A DNA stretch of 64,000 nucleotides from Nitrospirota bacterium (GCA_963790025.1 CAWBMP010000004.1:1024001-1088000), one strand, 5' to 3'; counted from the first letter of the stretch, positions 28,649-39,216 are shown. Translations and numbers: made by a program. The notes: generated by a model not told the origin, from the sequence alone.

Positions 28649-29704
28649 GTGGTAAAGTTCATTGGTACACATAAATACTTAATTAAAGGAGCCCGTCGCC
28701 CATTGGAATCACTCAGAAAAAGACTGATACTTTCCGGTGTATTGCTATGCCTTATTATATCTTTTGGGACTGCCGGTTTTATCGTTATAGAGGGATGGAG
28801 CTTTCTAGATTCAATTTATATGACTATCATTACCCTCAGCACCGTTGGTTACAAAGAGGTCCATGACCTCTCGACCCACGGTAAGATATTTATAATGTTC
28901 CTCATTATCGGCGGTGTGGGCACTGTCTTCTATGCCCTCAGCATTTGGGCCAAGCTGTTGTTGGAAGGAGAACTTCAAGAACTGTTCGGGAGGAAAAGAT
29001 TGGAAAAGAAAATAAAAGACCTGCATGGCCATTATATCATTTGCGGTTACGGGAGGATGGGGGAAATAATATGCAGAGAGATTAAGGAAAAAGGGGAAAA
29101 ATTCGTTATTGTTGAAAGAGACTCCGGCAGGCTAACCAGGCGAGAGGATTTGCTGGTTTTGGTGGGCGATGCAACACAGGATGAGGTGCTAAAGGAAGCT
29201 GGTATCGAAAAGGCAAAAGGGCTGATATCGGTTCTGTCGACCGATGCCGAAAACCTTTTCGTTGTCCTGAGTGCCCGCGGTCTTAACTCTGACCTTTTCA
29301 TAGTCGTACGCGCAGGAGAGGAAGGCTCCGAAAAAAAGTTGCTTAGGGCCGGTGCGGATAGGGTAATATCGCCCTATCGTATAGGCGGTCTCCGCATCGC
29401 CCACACGGTGCTGAAGCCCGCTGTTGTCGATTTTATAGAATTTGCCACAAAAAGCGGCAATATAGATCTTCAGATGGAAGAGGTCACTATCTCTGAAGGA
29501 GCAAGACTGGAAGGGTGTACGCTGGACAAATGCGGTATAGGCAAGGACCTCGGCATTATTATCGTTGCTATCAAGAGAAGTTCTGGTGAAATGAAGTTTA
29601 ATCCCACTTCGCATACTACAATAAGGGCCGGCGATATTTTGATCGCCCTCGGAGAGGTTCCCAAGTTAAGAATGCTGGAAGATCTGTCTGTAACAAAAAA
29701 ATGA
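28649..29704 (+). CDS. RCK-gated potassium channel (MthK/TrkA-N/TrkA-C); likely start TTG 28703
   Basis: Filter-like 'STVGY', Rossmann 'CGYGRMG', TrkA-C tail. Confidence 0.9.
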   Translation: MVKFIGTHKYLIKGARRPLESLRKRLILSGVLLCLIISFGTAGFIVIEGWSFLDSIYMTIITLSTVGYKEVHDLSTHGKIFIMFLIIGGVGTVFYALSIWAKLLLEGELQELFGRKRLEKKIKDLHGHYIICGYGRMGEIICREIKEKGEKFVIVERDSGRLTRREDLLVLVGDATQDEVLKEAGIEKAKGLISVLSTDAENLFVVLSARGLNSDLFIVVRAGEEGSEKKLLRAGADRVISPYRIGGLRIAHTVLKPAVVDFIEFATKSGNIDLQMEEVTISEGARLEGCTLDKCGIGKDLGIIIVAIKRSSGEMKFNPTSHTTIRAGDILIALGEVPKLRMLEDLSVTKK

Positions 29705-30067
29705 TTCCAGTCAAAGGACGCGGGACACAAATCGAAACACTTGAAGACTTACTGGAGCATTTCAAAGGAATAGTTCTCGTTGCCTAAACAATTATTTTTT
29801 TGATTAGTGCAATTGTGAATTATAGCTACTATCGCTATTTGCAAGATAATCCGAGTTTCTACCAACAGACAAAACCTGGCTGGTGTTGACTTGCAGATAA
29901 ATGTTTATAATCGTATTAGCGCTTTATTCTAACGTACTTATGAAAATAACATGATGGCATCCTATTAGCTGGCCAGACGCAATATGCTTTATGGTAATTG
30001 TTAGTCCTGTTAAGTTGAGCAACGGTAACAGGTTTCTTCTAAACTCATCACTTCTTCCGCGTGCCTA

Positions 30068-30601
30068 TTATTCGCCAATGCCTGGCAGAGAAAAAGGAAC
30101 TCGTATAGTAGTCACACATGCCTTATCTTGAAATGCTTTTTCTATTAAACGAGCTGTCTGATTGAACAGAAAACGTTGCCACCATTTAACTGTGATAATA
30201 ACCGGTAACACTACTGTAACATGGCTTTCCTTATTACTGCGGAGTATCCGGTCGATATATTCCGTTAACGGTTCAAGAATGGATCTGTCAGGAGATTCCA
30301 GGATAAAAAGAGGAACATCTATCTTATACCTTTCCCATTGTTCCTCAATTTTATCCCTATCGCAATAATCAAGCAATATATGGACGGCACTAACACTGCC
30401 CTCAAGGTGTTTTGCATAACGGATAGCGTTGATGACTGGTTTATCAAGGCCCACTACAGGAATAACTATGAAATGATTCCCATGAGTAGGATCGAAATAC
30501 ATATCATCAAAGATCGCGTGTCCTGCGACTGCGATTTGGGCAGCACTCGGTTTATTAGCAAGGCGGTCTATTAAACATGGATGCAACATATCGTATCCCA
30601 T
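30068..30601 (-). CDS. Stand-alone KimA/YdaO C-terminal cytoplasmic domain
   Basis: 'IPV...AIRYAK...ILESPDRSILEPLTEYID...VVLP..KWWQRFLFNQTA...VPFSL' parallels the C-terminus of 31074-32885. Confidence 0.75.
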   Translation of the reverse strand: MGYDMLHPCLIDRLANKPSAAQIAVAGHAIFDDMYFDPTHGNHFIVIPVVGLDKPVINAIRYAKHLEGSVSAVHILLDYCDRDKIEEQWERYKIDVPLFILESPDRSILEPLTEYIDRILRSNKESHVTVVLPVIITVKWWQRFLFNQTARLIEKAFQDKACVTTIRVPFSLPGIGE

Positions 30602-30857
30602 TCTTCAATACCTCTCTGATCCTCGCTTAAGCATGTTTGATGCCAAAGGAGAAGGCAGAATGAAGTCGTTGAGTTAATTTAATAATACAAGGCTAGTTAA
30701 AAGTCTCAAGATATTTCATATTAAAAAATGTAGTATGATCTTTAAAAATGAAATCTAAAATTAGACTGTAGACAAGTTTCAATAGCATCTTTTGCCTTGA
30801 CAATAAATGTTCGGTCTATTGACAATATTCCTCTGTCGGTATTAAAGTATTAATCAA

Positions 30858-30997
30858 AATGCAGCCTAAATCCGTTTAAAACCATCCGGTTAACAATGGA
30901 TGCGGGGGAACCGTCATATGGGGCGTATTCCTTGACCAAGGATAGGGTACTTCCAAGCCCGAGCCCGTCAGCTAACCTCGTAGGCATAAGGAAGGGC
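30858..30997 (+). ncRNA. c-di-AMP (ydaO/yuaA) riboswitch
   Basis: Consensus blocks AATCC, GGGGGAACC, TGGGGCGTAT, ATAGGG, CCCGAGCCCGTCAGCTAACCTCGTAGGC; in leader of a kimA homolog. Confidence 0.92.
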
Positions 30998-31011
30998 AAT
31001 AGGCAGATTAC

Positions 31012-31040
31012 AAAACCGCTGCTTTGCCGGCGGTTTTTTT
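31012..31040 (+). terminator. Intrinsic terminator of the riboswitch expression platform
   Basis: AAAACCGCTG-ctttgc-CGGCGGTTTTTTT. Confidence 0.8.
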
Positions 31041-31073
31041 GTGCTCTCCTGTTTGCACCCAGGGAGGAATTTA

Positions 31074-32885
31074 ATGTCACTCAAGCGTTTTCTCATCGGC
31101 AGTCCGATCGAATCGATCAAAGAATCACACGAAAGGCTCAACAAACTAATGGGTCTTGCTGTGTTCTCTTCGGATGCGCTCTCATCTGTGGCCTATGGTC
31201 CGGAGGAAATTCTGCTCGCGCTAATCGTCGGCGGCACCGCGATGCTACATTACTCACTAGCGGTTGCCGTAAGCATCATTGTGCTTATTGCAATTGTCGC
31301 CACTTCCTATTACCAGACAATCCATGCATATCCTTCTGGCGGTGGTGCCTATATTGTTGCAAAGGACAACCTCGGTGACTATCCGGGAGTCGTGGCAGGG
31401 GCCGCACTACTTATCGACTATGTATTGACCGTTACTGTCAGCGTCTCCGCTGGTATTGAGGCAATTACCTCCGCTTTCCCTGCGCTGCACAACCAGGCAG
31501 TTGTTATGTGCTTGGCAGCAATAGCGCTAATCATGGGGATTAATCTCAGAGGAGTGCGGGAGTCCGGAAAAGTCTTTTCGATACCGGTTTACATATTTCT
31601 CGGAAGCCTTTTTCTTCTTATAGGCATGAGTTACGTAAAATCCTTTACGCTTCTTCGTCCTGCTCCGGTAGAATATAGAGCGGCAACCTCAAACACGCTC
31701 GCGCTTTTTATCATACTGAAGGCCTTTGCCTCAGGCTGCGCCACCCTCACTGGAATAGAGGCTGTTTCCAACGGGGTGCGCGCCTTCAAAGCTCCGGAAG
31801 CCCGTAATGCTGGGATTACTCTTATGTGGATGGCGATCTTGCTCGGAACCCTTACCCTAGGCATCGCCTATTTCGCTGACTATTACAGGATTTTGCCCAA
31901 TGAAAATGAAACCGTACTGTCTCAACTTGCCAGGATGGTATTTTCAAAAGGGATAATCTATTACACCATACAATTCGCTACGGCTTTTATGCTCATTCTT
32001 GCTGCAAATACCTCGTTCGCCGATTTCCCGAGACTCTCATCCATAATGGCAACCGACCGTTTCCTGCCCCGGCAGCTCAGTAACCGCGGGGACAGGCTTG
32101 TTTTCTCCAATGGCATACTGCTACTCGGGTTTTTCTCCGCTCTGCTTCTGGTGATCTTTTCAGGCGATACTCATGCGTTGATTCCCCTTTACGCTGTTGG
32201 TGTTTTCACGGCTTTTACACTTTCTCAGGCAGGCATGGTGAAGCACTGGATTAAATATAAGGGAACAGGCTGGAAAAGAAGCATCATGATAAATGGCCTT
32301 GGAACAGTTACAACCGCAATAGTCCTTGTAATTATCGCGGTTGAAAAATTCACACACGGGGCATGGATAGTGCTTGTGGCAATCCCCAGTCTGGTTGTTT
32401 TAATGAATAAAGTCCAAAGCCATTACAAGTCTGTTGCCAAACAGCTCTCGGTCACTTCCTGTGAAATTGAGCAGCAGGATTTCAAGCATCACTCTGTTAT
32501 AATTCCCATATCAGGAATCCAGCAGGCGGTCATCAGCGCCGTAAAATACGCAAAAGCCCTTTCGAATGACGTAGTAGCCCTCTACGTGTGTCTTGACCCA
32601 GCAGAAACTATAAATTTAAAGGCAAAATGGAACCAGTACTGTATGGGGGTAAAACTCATTATTCTTGAGTCACCTTACCGATCGATTAGGGAGCCGCTTC
32701 TTGAATACATTGATGAAGTACAGAACGTCTACAAGGATGGAGTCATCACAGTGGTCCTTCCGGAGTTTGTACCTTCAAAGTGGTGGCACCACCTGCTCCA
32801 TAACCAGACAGCGCTTCTGATTAAAGGCATTTTGCTGTTCAAAAAAGGAACGGTTTCGACGAGCGTGCCATTCCACCTGAGTTAG
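31074..32885 (+). CDS. kimA: APC-family K+ transporter KimA/YdaO
   Basis: 'SSDALSSVAYG', 'YPSGGGAY', 'TGIEAVSNG', 'NTSFADFPRL', 'HNQTA'; GGGAGG RBS before ATG 31074. Confidence 0.88.
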   Translation: MSLKRFLIGSPIESIKESHERLNKLMGLAVFSSDALSSVAYGPEEILLALIVGGTAMLHYSLAVAVSIIVLIAIVATSYYQTIHAYPSGGGAYIVAKDNLGDYPGVVAGAALLIDYVLTVTVSVSAGIEAITSAFPALHNQAVVMCLAAIALIMGINLRGVRESGKVFSIPVYIFLGSLFLLIGMSYVKSFTLLRPAPVEYRAATSNTLALFIILKAFASGCATLTGIEAVSNGVRAFKAPEARNAGITLMWMAILLGTLTLGIAYFADYYRILPNENETVLSQLARMVFSKGIIYYTIQFATAFMLILAANTSFADFPRLSSIMATDRFLPRQLSNRGDRLVFSNGILLLGFFSALLLVIFSGDTHALIPLYAVGVFTAFTLSQAGMVKHWIKYKGTGWKRSIMINGLGTVTTAIVLVIIAVEKFTHGAWIVLVAIPSLVVLMNKVQSHYKSVAKQLSVTSCEIEQQDFKHHSVIIPISGIQQAVISAVKYAKALSNDVVALYVCLDPAETINLKAKWNQYCMGVKLIILESPYRSIREPLLEYIDEVQNVYKDGVITVVLPEFVPSKWWHHLLHNQTALLIKGILLFKKGTVSTSVPFHLS

Positions 32886-32915
32886 TGAACGGAAAGCTTG
32901 ACGAAAAAGTGATGT

Positions 32916-34730
32916 TTGGCAAATATTAAATATATGGCGGATGAAGCATATAAAATCCTTCCCCCGTTAAGAAAGAAAATATACCGCCATTATCTTGCAA
33001 TAGTTGCACTGTTCGGTATTTTCGGTGTTTTTTTTCTGTTATCCTCTGTGTTTATCGCGACAGGACTTACCCCCACAATAATACATGCCAATTATGACTC
33101 TATAGAAGCAGCCAGAACAATGCAGCAAGCCTGGACTGCACTTAATTTTCCAGGTACTTATCCGGATATGACAAATAAACAATGGACTGATCAATTCAAG
33201 AAGGCGCTGAATTTTGAAATGAATAATATTACCGAACCCGGAGAGGACAGGATCGCAAAAGAAATCAAAAGCATCTGGGACCAATGGGAAAAAGGATCGC
33301 GTTCCGCCGAGTTCACCCGTGAGATGAATGTTCAACTTGAAACCCTAACCAAGATCAATGAAAAAGGGATGTTTAGCTTGGTCAGAAAAGCGAGCAATGT
33401 GCGGCGTGCGGTTGTGGTTGGTGTTGCAATCTTCTTCACTTTAAGCCTCTTTTTAACGCTACTGATTGTGGATTCTCTGTCCAGCAGACTTGCAAAGCCG
33501 CTTAAAGAAATTGCGGAGGTGCTTCGGTCAAAACCAACCCCTGGTCAAAAACTCAAACTGCCTGAGCCTACAAGCCTCGAGCTTCGTATCCTCACTGAAG
33601 AATTTTTACTGCTGTGGGAACGAGTAAGTCAGGCAGACCAAATGAACATTGAAAGGATACTGAGGCAGCGAAACCAGCTTGAGACCCTTCTGTCCTCCGT
33701 GGAAGATGCCGTCATAGCCCTGGACAGCTGGTTTCGGGTCACCCATGTAAATCATCGAATGGCGCAGCTCATCGGCATTGACACTGCCAGGATTGTCGGA
33801 TACTTGTGGAATGATTTGCCCACTGTTTCAGAAAATTACTTCAAGCTCAGAGAAGTGCTGCGCGAGCGAGGCACATCAGGGACATTAATTTTTGATCTCA
33901 AGGCAGACAGCGGTGACCCAAGGAGTTTTGAGGCACGTTTCAAAGAAGTTTTTTCTACTTCCGGAGAACTTATTTCCACTATATTTCTACTTCATGACGT
34001 GACAGAAGCCCGTCAAAGAGAACGGCTTAAAACTGAGTTTATCGGGGTTCTTTCACATGAGCTCAAAACACCGCTTCAATCTCTCGGAACAGCCGTCGAG
34101 CTTGTAGTGCAGAAAAAAAAGGAGCTCGATGAGCGAACACAATTTCTCTTTGACATAATCCAGAGTGATGTAACTAGGATCCGTTCTGTGGCCAACCAGT
34201 TTGTTCAGGCAGATTATGTACCGGGAGCGGCGATTCATATTCATCCTGAAGCTGTCAAACTGGATGACTTATTTCCAGAATGGCTCAGGCCCCTCGAATT
34301 ACTCGCGGCAGAACGGCAGATAGAATTATGCTTTGAAAAAGAGACAGCAGGAGATGTATGGGCAGAAATCGACCCGGCTAAATTCCCCTGGGTCATTTCA
34401 AATCTTGTTACGAATTCCATCCGAGTTTCCCCTGAGGGCTCGAAGGTTACAATTATTCTAACCGATCGTAACGGATATACAGAAATCAGGGTAACGAATA
34501 GCGGGCCTAAAATACCGGATGAAGTGCAGAGGAGAATGTTCGACCCCTATTTTAAGGGACCTTTGATAAATTCCGGTGCCGACCTTAAAACTTCGGGTTA
34601 CCTTGGACTCGGATTGACTATTGTAAAAGAAATGACCGAGGCCCACGGTGGTCGAGTCGAGTATGAATCCATCGAACCTAAAGGTTCCTGCTTCCGCGTG
34701 CTTCTGCCACGGAATGCAAGTGAAAAGTGA
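32916..34730 (+). CDS. Sensor histidine kinase (4-helix sensor, PAS, HisKA, HATPase)
   Basis: 'NYDSIEAA...NITEPGE' sensor, 'LSHELKTPL', N box 'NLVTNS', 'GLGLTIV'. Confidence 0.9.
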   Translation: MANIKYMADEAYKILPPLRKKIYRHYLAIVALFGIFGVFFLLSSVFIATGLTPTIIHANYDSIEAARTMQQAWTALNFPGTYPDMTNKQWTDQFKKALNFEMNNITEPGEDRIAKEIKSIWDQWEKGSRSAEFTREMNVQLETLTKINEKGMFSLVRKASNVRRAVVVGVAIFFTLSLFLTLLIVDSLSSRLAKPLKEIAEVLRSKPTPGQKLKLPEPTSLELRILTEEFLLLWERVSQADQMNIERILRQRNQLETLLSSVEDAVIALDSWFRVTHVNHRMAQLIGIDTARIVGYLWNDLPTVSENYFKLREVLRERGTSGTLIFDLKADSGDPRSFEARFKEVFSTSGELISTIFLLHDVTEARQRERLKTEFIGVLSHELKTPLQSLGTAVELVVQKKKELDERTQFLFDIIQSDVTRIRSVANQFVQADYVPGAAIHIHPEAVKLDDLFPEWLRPLELLAAERQIELCFEKETAGDVWAEIDPAKFPWVISNLVTNSIRVSPEGSKVTIILTDRNGYTEIRVTNSGPKIPDEVQRRMFDPYFKGPLINSGADLKTSGYLGLGLTIVKEMTEAHGGRVEYESIEPKGSCFRVLLPRNASEK

Positions 34731-34864
34731 AAGCAAACAGGTGAAAAGAAAAAAGCTTCGTATGCCTGGACAAATGCTGTGGGTACATAAATGCTGTTCA
34801 TGACAGATTATGTTGCCTTAAACTTTCGCTAACGAAATGTTGCTGTCTCTCTTGAGCTGCTTTA

Positions 34865-35716
34865 CTACTGTTTTATATACTCCCGCATGTCGATGAGATT
34901 CCTTTCCAGAATGTAATAAACGTGGTCTCCGTGTATAATCGTTTGCCTGACAGCAGGCCCAAGATACGCATCTGCATCGGCTTTTCTATCTGCTTTAATT
35001 TGTAAAATTACCTCATCATCCAGGCTTAGCCACTTGACAAACCCCAGTTCTTCAGCAATAGACTTTTCCCCTATCTTATCAACAAGTTTAACGAAACGCT
35101 CACCGTTGACCGCTTCCCTGGATCTATCAGCCAGTAGCTCACTTTCAGCTCTCTCATTACTTAACTTCTCAATTTGTTCCCGGAGTGAGTCATTCTGCTT
35201 CTGCTTTTCTGTTGCTTCGGAGGATTTCTGCTCCATTTCACCCTGCAGGACTTCAAGCCGCTTTTGGGACCCCTCGGCTTCGGCTGTAAGCACCTTCACT
35301 TTAGCCTCGATTGCAATCCTAGTATCAGTCTCTTTTTTAAGCTGGGCTTGCAAGCCATCGTGTTTTTTTTCCGTCGAAATAAGATTTTGAGTTTCAGCTT
35401 TTAAAGACGCAGCCTTTTGAATTGCCATCTTCTCAACTGGATCACAGGCAACCTTCTCAGCGGTCACAAGACAACCGCCTATCACTTCTCCGACTCCGGC
35501 TGTTCTTGTCTCCCCATCGTCGCCGACTAGCAGCACGGTATCACCACTCTGGCCTTGCACCTCCCACTTAACATGCCCAATCATTTCTTGATCCAAAAGC
35601 GTTCCGGTTCCATTAGGAGTCCGCATAGGGAAAGATGGCAGGACATCGGATAGACTTCCCCCATAGGCAGTGGTTGCCAATACCATCAGAAGCATCAGTG
35701 TTATGAATGTTTTCAT
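34865..35716 (-). CDS. Exported coiled-coil hypothetical protein
   Basis: Signal peptide, long heptad region; end of pilus operon 2. Confidence 0.6.
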   Translation of the reverse strand: MKTFITLMLLMVLATTAYGGSLSDVLPSFPMRTPNGTGTLLDQEMIGHVKWEVQGQSGDTVLLVGDDGETRTAGVGEVIGGCLVTAEKVACDPVEKMAIQKAASLKAETQNLISTEKKHDGLQAQLKKETDTRIAIEAKVKVLTAEAEGSQKRLEVLQGEMEQKSSEATEKQKQNDSLREQIEKLSNERAESELLADRSREAVNGERFVKLVDKIGEKSIAEELGFVKWLSLDDEVILQIKADRKADADAYLGPAVRQTIIHGDHVYYILERNLIDMREYIKQ

Positions 35717-36024
35717 TGAGTTCCAACTGCTCCGGAGAAGTCGCCATTTGCAATATTACGAAAAGTCTTAGTGAGATTAATTGGCGGTATTATTTTCCCC
35801 GACGCCTCCTGGTATATCAACTCTGTCATCACTCCAACAGCACGTGATTGCTCTTCATCGAGCACATAGGAATAGCACTTTTTCAGGGCAATATTCAGGT
35901 CGTCTACTTTGGCTATATGGAATATTGTCTTCAGCCACCCCAGCACATCGCCAATTTTTATCTCCATATTAAAAAACTTTTCAGAGTTTATCTCAATACT
36001 TTTAGAATGGTCTTCTCCTGTCAT
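35713..36024 (-). CDS. Hypothetical protein
   Basis: 103 aa, AGGAG RBS, ATGA coupling to next gene. Confidence 0.6.
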   Translation of the reverse strand: MTGEDHSKSIEINSEKFFNMEIKIGDVLGWLKTIFHIAKVDDLNIALKKCYSYVLDEEQSRAVGVMTELIYQEASGKIIPPINLTKTFRNIANGDFSGAVGTQ

Positions 36025-36036
36025 TGCTCTCTCCTT

Positions 36037-37263
36037 TTACTTGTCTTCTTTAATCATCATAGAGGCTATTACCTCTCTCTTGTCGTCCTCTGTTATCGTT
36101 TTTTTCTTCACAAGGTCAGATATGTATTGCGAAAAGGTAATCGATGATTGCCCCATGTTTTTTTCCGTGACGAACCTCCTTTTTATTTCTTTCATGCCGT
36201 TTTCGAGGCATATCTTTTCTTTTATTATTTCGTCCGGCGTAAATATTTCATAGATGGGAATGATATTACCTGCAATGGTCAGATACAGATAGTGGGACAC
36301 AATGGCACGCAGGCTCCTAGCGAGCAGGTTCTTGGCATCCCCCATTACCGCCATCATTATAGACAGCGCCTCCAATGCGTCCTTGGCATGCAGGGTGGCC
36401 AATGTCAGATGTCCCCTGCTGGCGGTATCGATCAACTCGCGTATCTCATCTTCGGTCTTCACTTCCGAAAACATGACTACAGATGGGGCCTTCCGTAAAA
36501 GATTATACTTTGCCGTCTGAAACATCGTCATGTTATCCTGCTCTCTTATATGTACTCCCAGTTCCCGCTGCTCCACCAGTGCCCTTGTCTGTATAAACCG
36601 ATATTCGATCGGGTTTTCGTACGTGAGTATGATTCCATCAATCCTCATGGCCATATACATTATTTCGCTTGCTATTGCAGTTGTTTTCCCGCTTCCAGTC
36701 GGGCCTATATGGAGGATAAGCCCTCCGCTATTGATTTGCCCTACCTTGTATAACGGACCATTGTCATTAGGCATTGTCCTCTCTCTTATCAGGGACTGAA
36801 ACCACCTCCTGTAAAAGAGCGGATACTGCAGCCCCTCGAACTCGGGGATCTCGAAGTCAAGATACCTGATACTGAGACCTACCCCCATTTCACATCTGGA
36901 GTAGTTGATCCGCAATATACCTATGCCGTATACGGCAACGGAAAAGTCTATTGAGGACATGCTGTCTATATCGTTGGGGCCTTTCCCCAATAAGTTGTAA
37001 ACGAGGCGGTTGATATCATCTTCGGAAGGCTGGACAATCCTGCCGTCAATTTCGACCATGACCTTAGGAAGGGGCGTCACTACTTCTATCGGCTGGGATT
37101 CCCTTATCACAATATCGGTGATCCTCCGGCGCTGCTTCAACGCTACTATCTCGCTAATAAACCTGGCAAACCATTTGTGTTCCCCCAGTTTGTGCTCAAG
37201 TTCCTCTATCGCCTTGTCCGGATCCCTGTGGTTAAAACCGAAATGAAGCTTGTTATTAGTCAC
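36037..37263 (-). CDS. Divergent PilT-like ATPase #3
   Basis: GPTGSGKT, 'ENPIEY', atypical Walker B 'VMFSEVK', 'GHLTLATLH'. Confidence 0.75.
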   Translation of the reverse strand: MTNNKLHFGFNHRDPDKAIEELEHKLGEHKWFARFISEIVALKQRRRITDIVIRESQPIEVVTPLPKVMVEIDGRIVQPSEDDINRLVYNLLGKGPNDIDSMSSIDFSVAVYGIGILRINYSRCEMGVGLSIRYLDFEIPEFEGLQYPLFYRRWFQSLIRERTMPNDNGPLYKVGQINSGGLILHIGPTGSGKTTAIASEIMYMAMRIDGIILTYENPIEYRFIQTRALVEQRELGVHIREQDNMTMFQTAKYNLLRKAPSVVMFSEVKTEDEIRELIDTASRGHLTLATLHAKDALEALSIMMAVMGDAKNLLARSLRAIVSHYLYLTIAGNIIPIYEIFTPDEIIKEKICLENGMKEIKRRFVTEKNMGQSSITFSQYISDLVKKKTITEDDKREVIASMMIKEDK

Positions 37264-37287
37264 CCGTATTTCTCCATTTAAAACGCG

Positions 37288-39171
37288 CTATATTTCACCA
37301 ACGCGCGATTTTTCGACCAGACCGTCTTTGAGCCTCTCAAGAAATATTATTTTCTTTGTCTTGCCGAGATCATTTTTTAGAACTTCATTCTTGATATCAG
37401 TTGGATTTACGGTCTTATTGACAACCTCGCTTATGAATTCCTGCGTGGGTATAAAATAATCGTAAATTACTGTCCTGCCCTTGTATCCCGCGTGGCACTT
37501 CCCACAGCCCTTCTTATTTCTCTTAAATCCCCGGCATGTAAAAGCGATTAACTCATCTTTTTCAATTTTGGAGAGCGCGTTCAGGTACTTCACGTCGTGT
37601 TGTGTGAATCCGATTTCGTTTTCTTCCTTGCAGTGTTCACAGAGCCTCGGAAGTAGGAGCTGGTTTAAAGACAGGAATATCAGCCTCGCAGATACATGCT
37701 TCGGCACATGGAACATCTCCTCGATCGCACTATAGATCTCGAAGGAACTCTTGATGTGCAGCGTGGTGAATATCAATTGACCGGCGTTTGACTGCTCTAT
37801 CATAGCCTCTGTCAGCCCTTCTGTTTTTCTCCATTCCCCGATAAACACTACATCATAATCGCCGCGCTTGAATGACTTTATATATTGCTCGAATCCCATC
37901 TTCTTCTTGTCCTCATCATTTGGAGGCTCAAATATCTGGTGTTGAATGATATTAGGTCTGTCTAAAATACATTCTATCGGGTCCTCGACAGTCCCTATTT
38001 TCTTTGTGGGGTCCAATGCCGGCAGTATGTTCAGTACTGTCGTGGACTTACCTGAATTCACCACCCCGCTTATAACGCCAACGCCGAATTTGCGGTGTGT
38101 TGCGGCTTCAACCGAGACGGCGTCCGACTCTAAAAAACCCAAATTCAATAGGTTGCTCTTCATGTTTGAAGATATCGGAAGTGCCCTTTGGGAAAGGATT
38201 CTGATCGTTGTATCCATATGCTCAGTCAGACGTCCGTCGGGAACAAGCTCAAGCCTCAAGCCCACACCCATATCCTCCAACTCGATTTTTGCCGCCTGAG
38301 AGACCCTCGTTTCGTCCGGGTTGAAGCCACCCTTGGTGAAGTCGTTCGCATTTGTTCTGAGCAACGATGTAAACTGCAGTCCTTGTTCCAGGTTCATATA
38401 AAAATCTTTCATCTCAATAAACCTGCCGTCTATCCGGAAAAATACCCGGTAACGATCTTTCTTTGGCACAATATGTATGTCCGAAGCATTGTGCCGCCGG
38501 GCTTCTTCTACCATGTCCCTAAGCGAAAAATTAACAATGTCGTTTTTTTCTTCTGTCTTAGGTGGCGCCGTTTCCAATGAAAGATTTATGCACTTATCAT
38601 AAGGCACAAGTATCTGAATATCCACCGTGTTCCGAGGGTAGTACACCGGGGTCACCATTATCCGGCTTTCGCCCTCTTTGCAGAAATATATGCGCCCGCC
38701 GCTTAGTAATATCTCTTTGTCTTCGTAGTCGACTATTATTTTATCGCGACCCAGGGCCTTGATAATATTTCTTAATACCTCACAACTCTCCTGGAAAGTC
38801 ATAACGCCGAGGTCGTTCAGCGTCTTGATTATGTGCCGGTCCTTGGCGTCAGCTTTTTTGAGTACCGCGTCGTGGTATTTGTCTTCCCCAACCTTCTCGA
38901 TAATCCCATTCATAAAATGCTTGTAAAAATCGTCCCTTACCTTCTCGCCGCCACGTTTGCCTTTGTGAAGTTCATCTACTGCCCTCTTGACTGCTTCAAG
39001 AGGGCAGTACCCTTGTTCAACTATTATTTCCCCGATTAACTTCCTCGTACCATCGTCCTTCAACTGACGCTGTGTCTTAATGGCATTATCAAGCTGTTCC
39101 TGCGTAATAATGTTGTCGCGGACAAGTATCCGCCCTGTTATAAGTAATTGTGAACCAGCCTGTTTTACCAT
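37288..39171 (-). CDS. Divergent GspE/PilB extension ATPase #2 with MshEN-like N-terminus
   Basis: 'ASDIHIVP', GVVNSGKS, 'EDPIE', 'FIGEWR', CEHC/CGKC; N-terminal 'TGRILV...QLDNAIKTQ...LIGEII'. Confidence 0.82.
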   Translation of the reverse strand: MVKQAGSQLLITGRILVRDNIITQEQLDNAIKTQRQLKDDGTRKLIGEIIVEQGYCPLEAVKRAVDELHKGKRGGEKVRDDFYKHFMNGIIEKVGEDKYHDAVLKKADAKDRHIIKTLNDLGVMTFQESCEVLRNIIKALGRDKIIVDYEDKEILLSGGRIYFCKEGESRIMVTPVYYPRNTVDIQILVPYDKCINLSLETAPPKTEEKNDIVNFSLRDMVEEARRHNASDIHIVPKKDRYRVFFRIDGRFIEMKDFYMNLEQGLQFTSLLRTNANDFTKGGFNPDETRVSQAAKIELEDMGVGLRLELVPDGRLTEHMDTTIRILSQRALPISSNMKSNLLNLGFLESDAVSVEAATHRKFGVGVISGVVNSGKSTTVLNILPALDPTKKIGTVEDPIECILDRPNIIQHQIFEPPNDEDKKKMGFEQYIKSFKRGDYDVVFIGEWRKTEGLTEAMIEQSNAGQLIFTTLHIKSSFEIYSAIEEMFHVPKHVSARLIFLSLNQLLLPRLCEHCKEENEIGFTQHDVKYLNALSKIEKDELIAFTCRGFKRNKKGCGKCHAGYKGRTVIYDYFIPTQEFISEVVNKTVNPTDIKNEVLKNDLGKTKKIIFLERLKDGLVEKSRVGEI

Positions 39172-39216
39172 TTGATGCTCCTTTGCACGTCAAAATCTCA
39201 CAACATCAGCACACTT

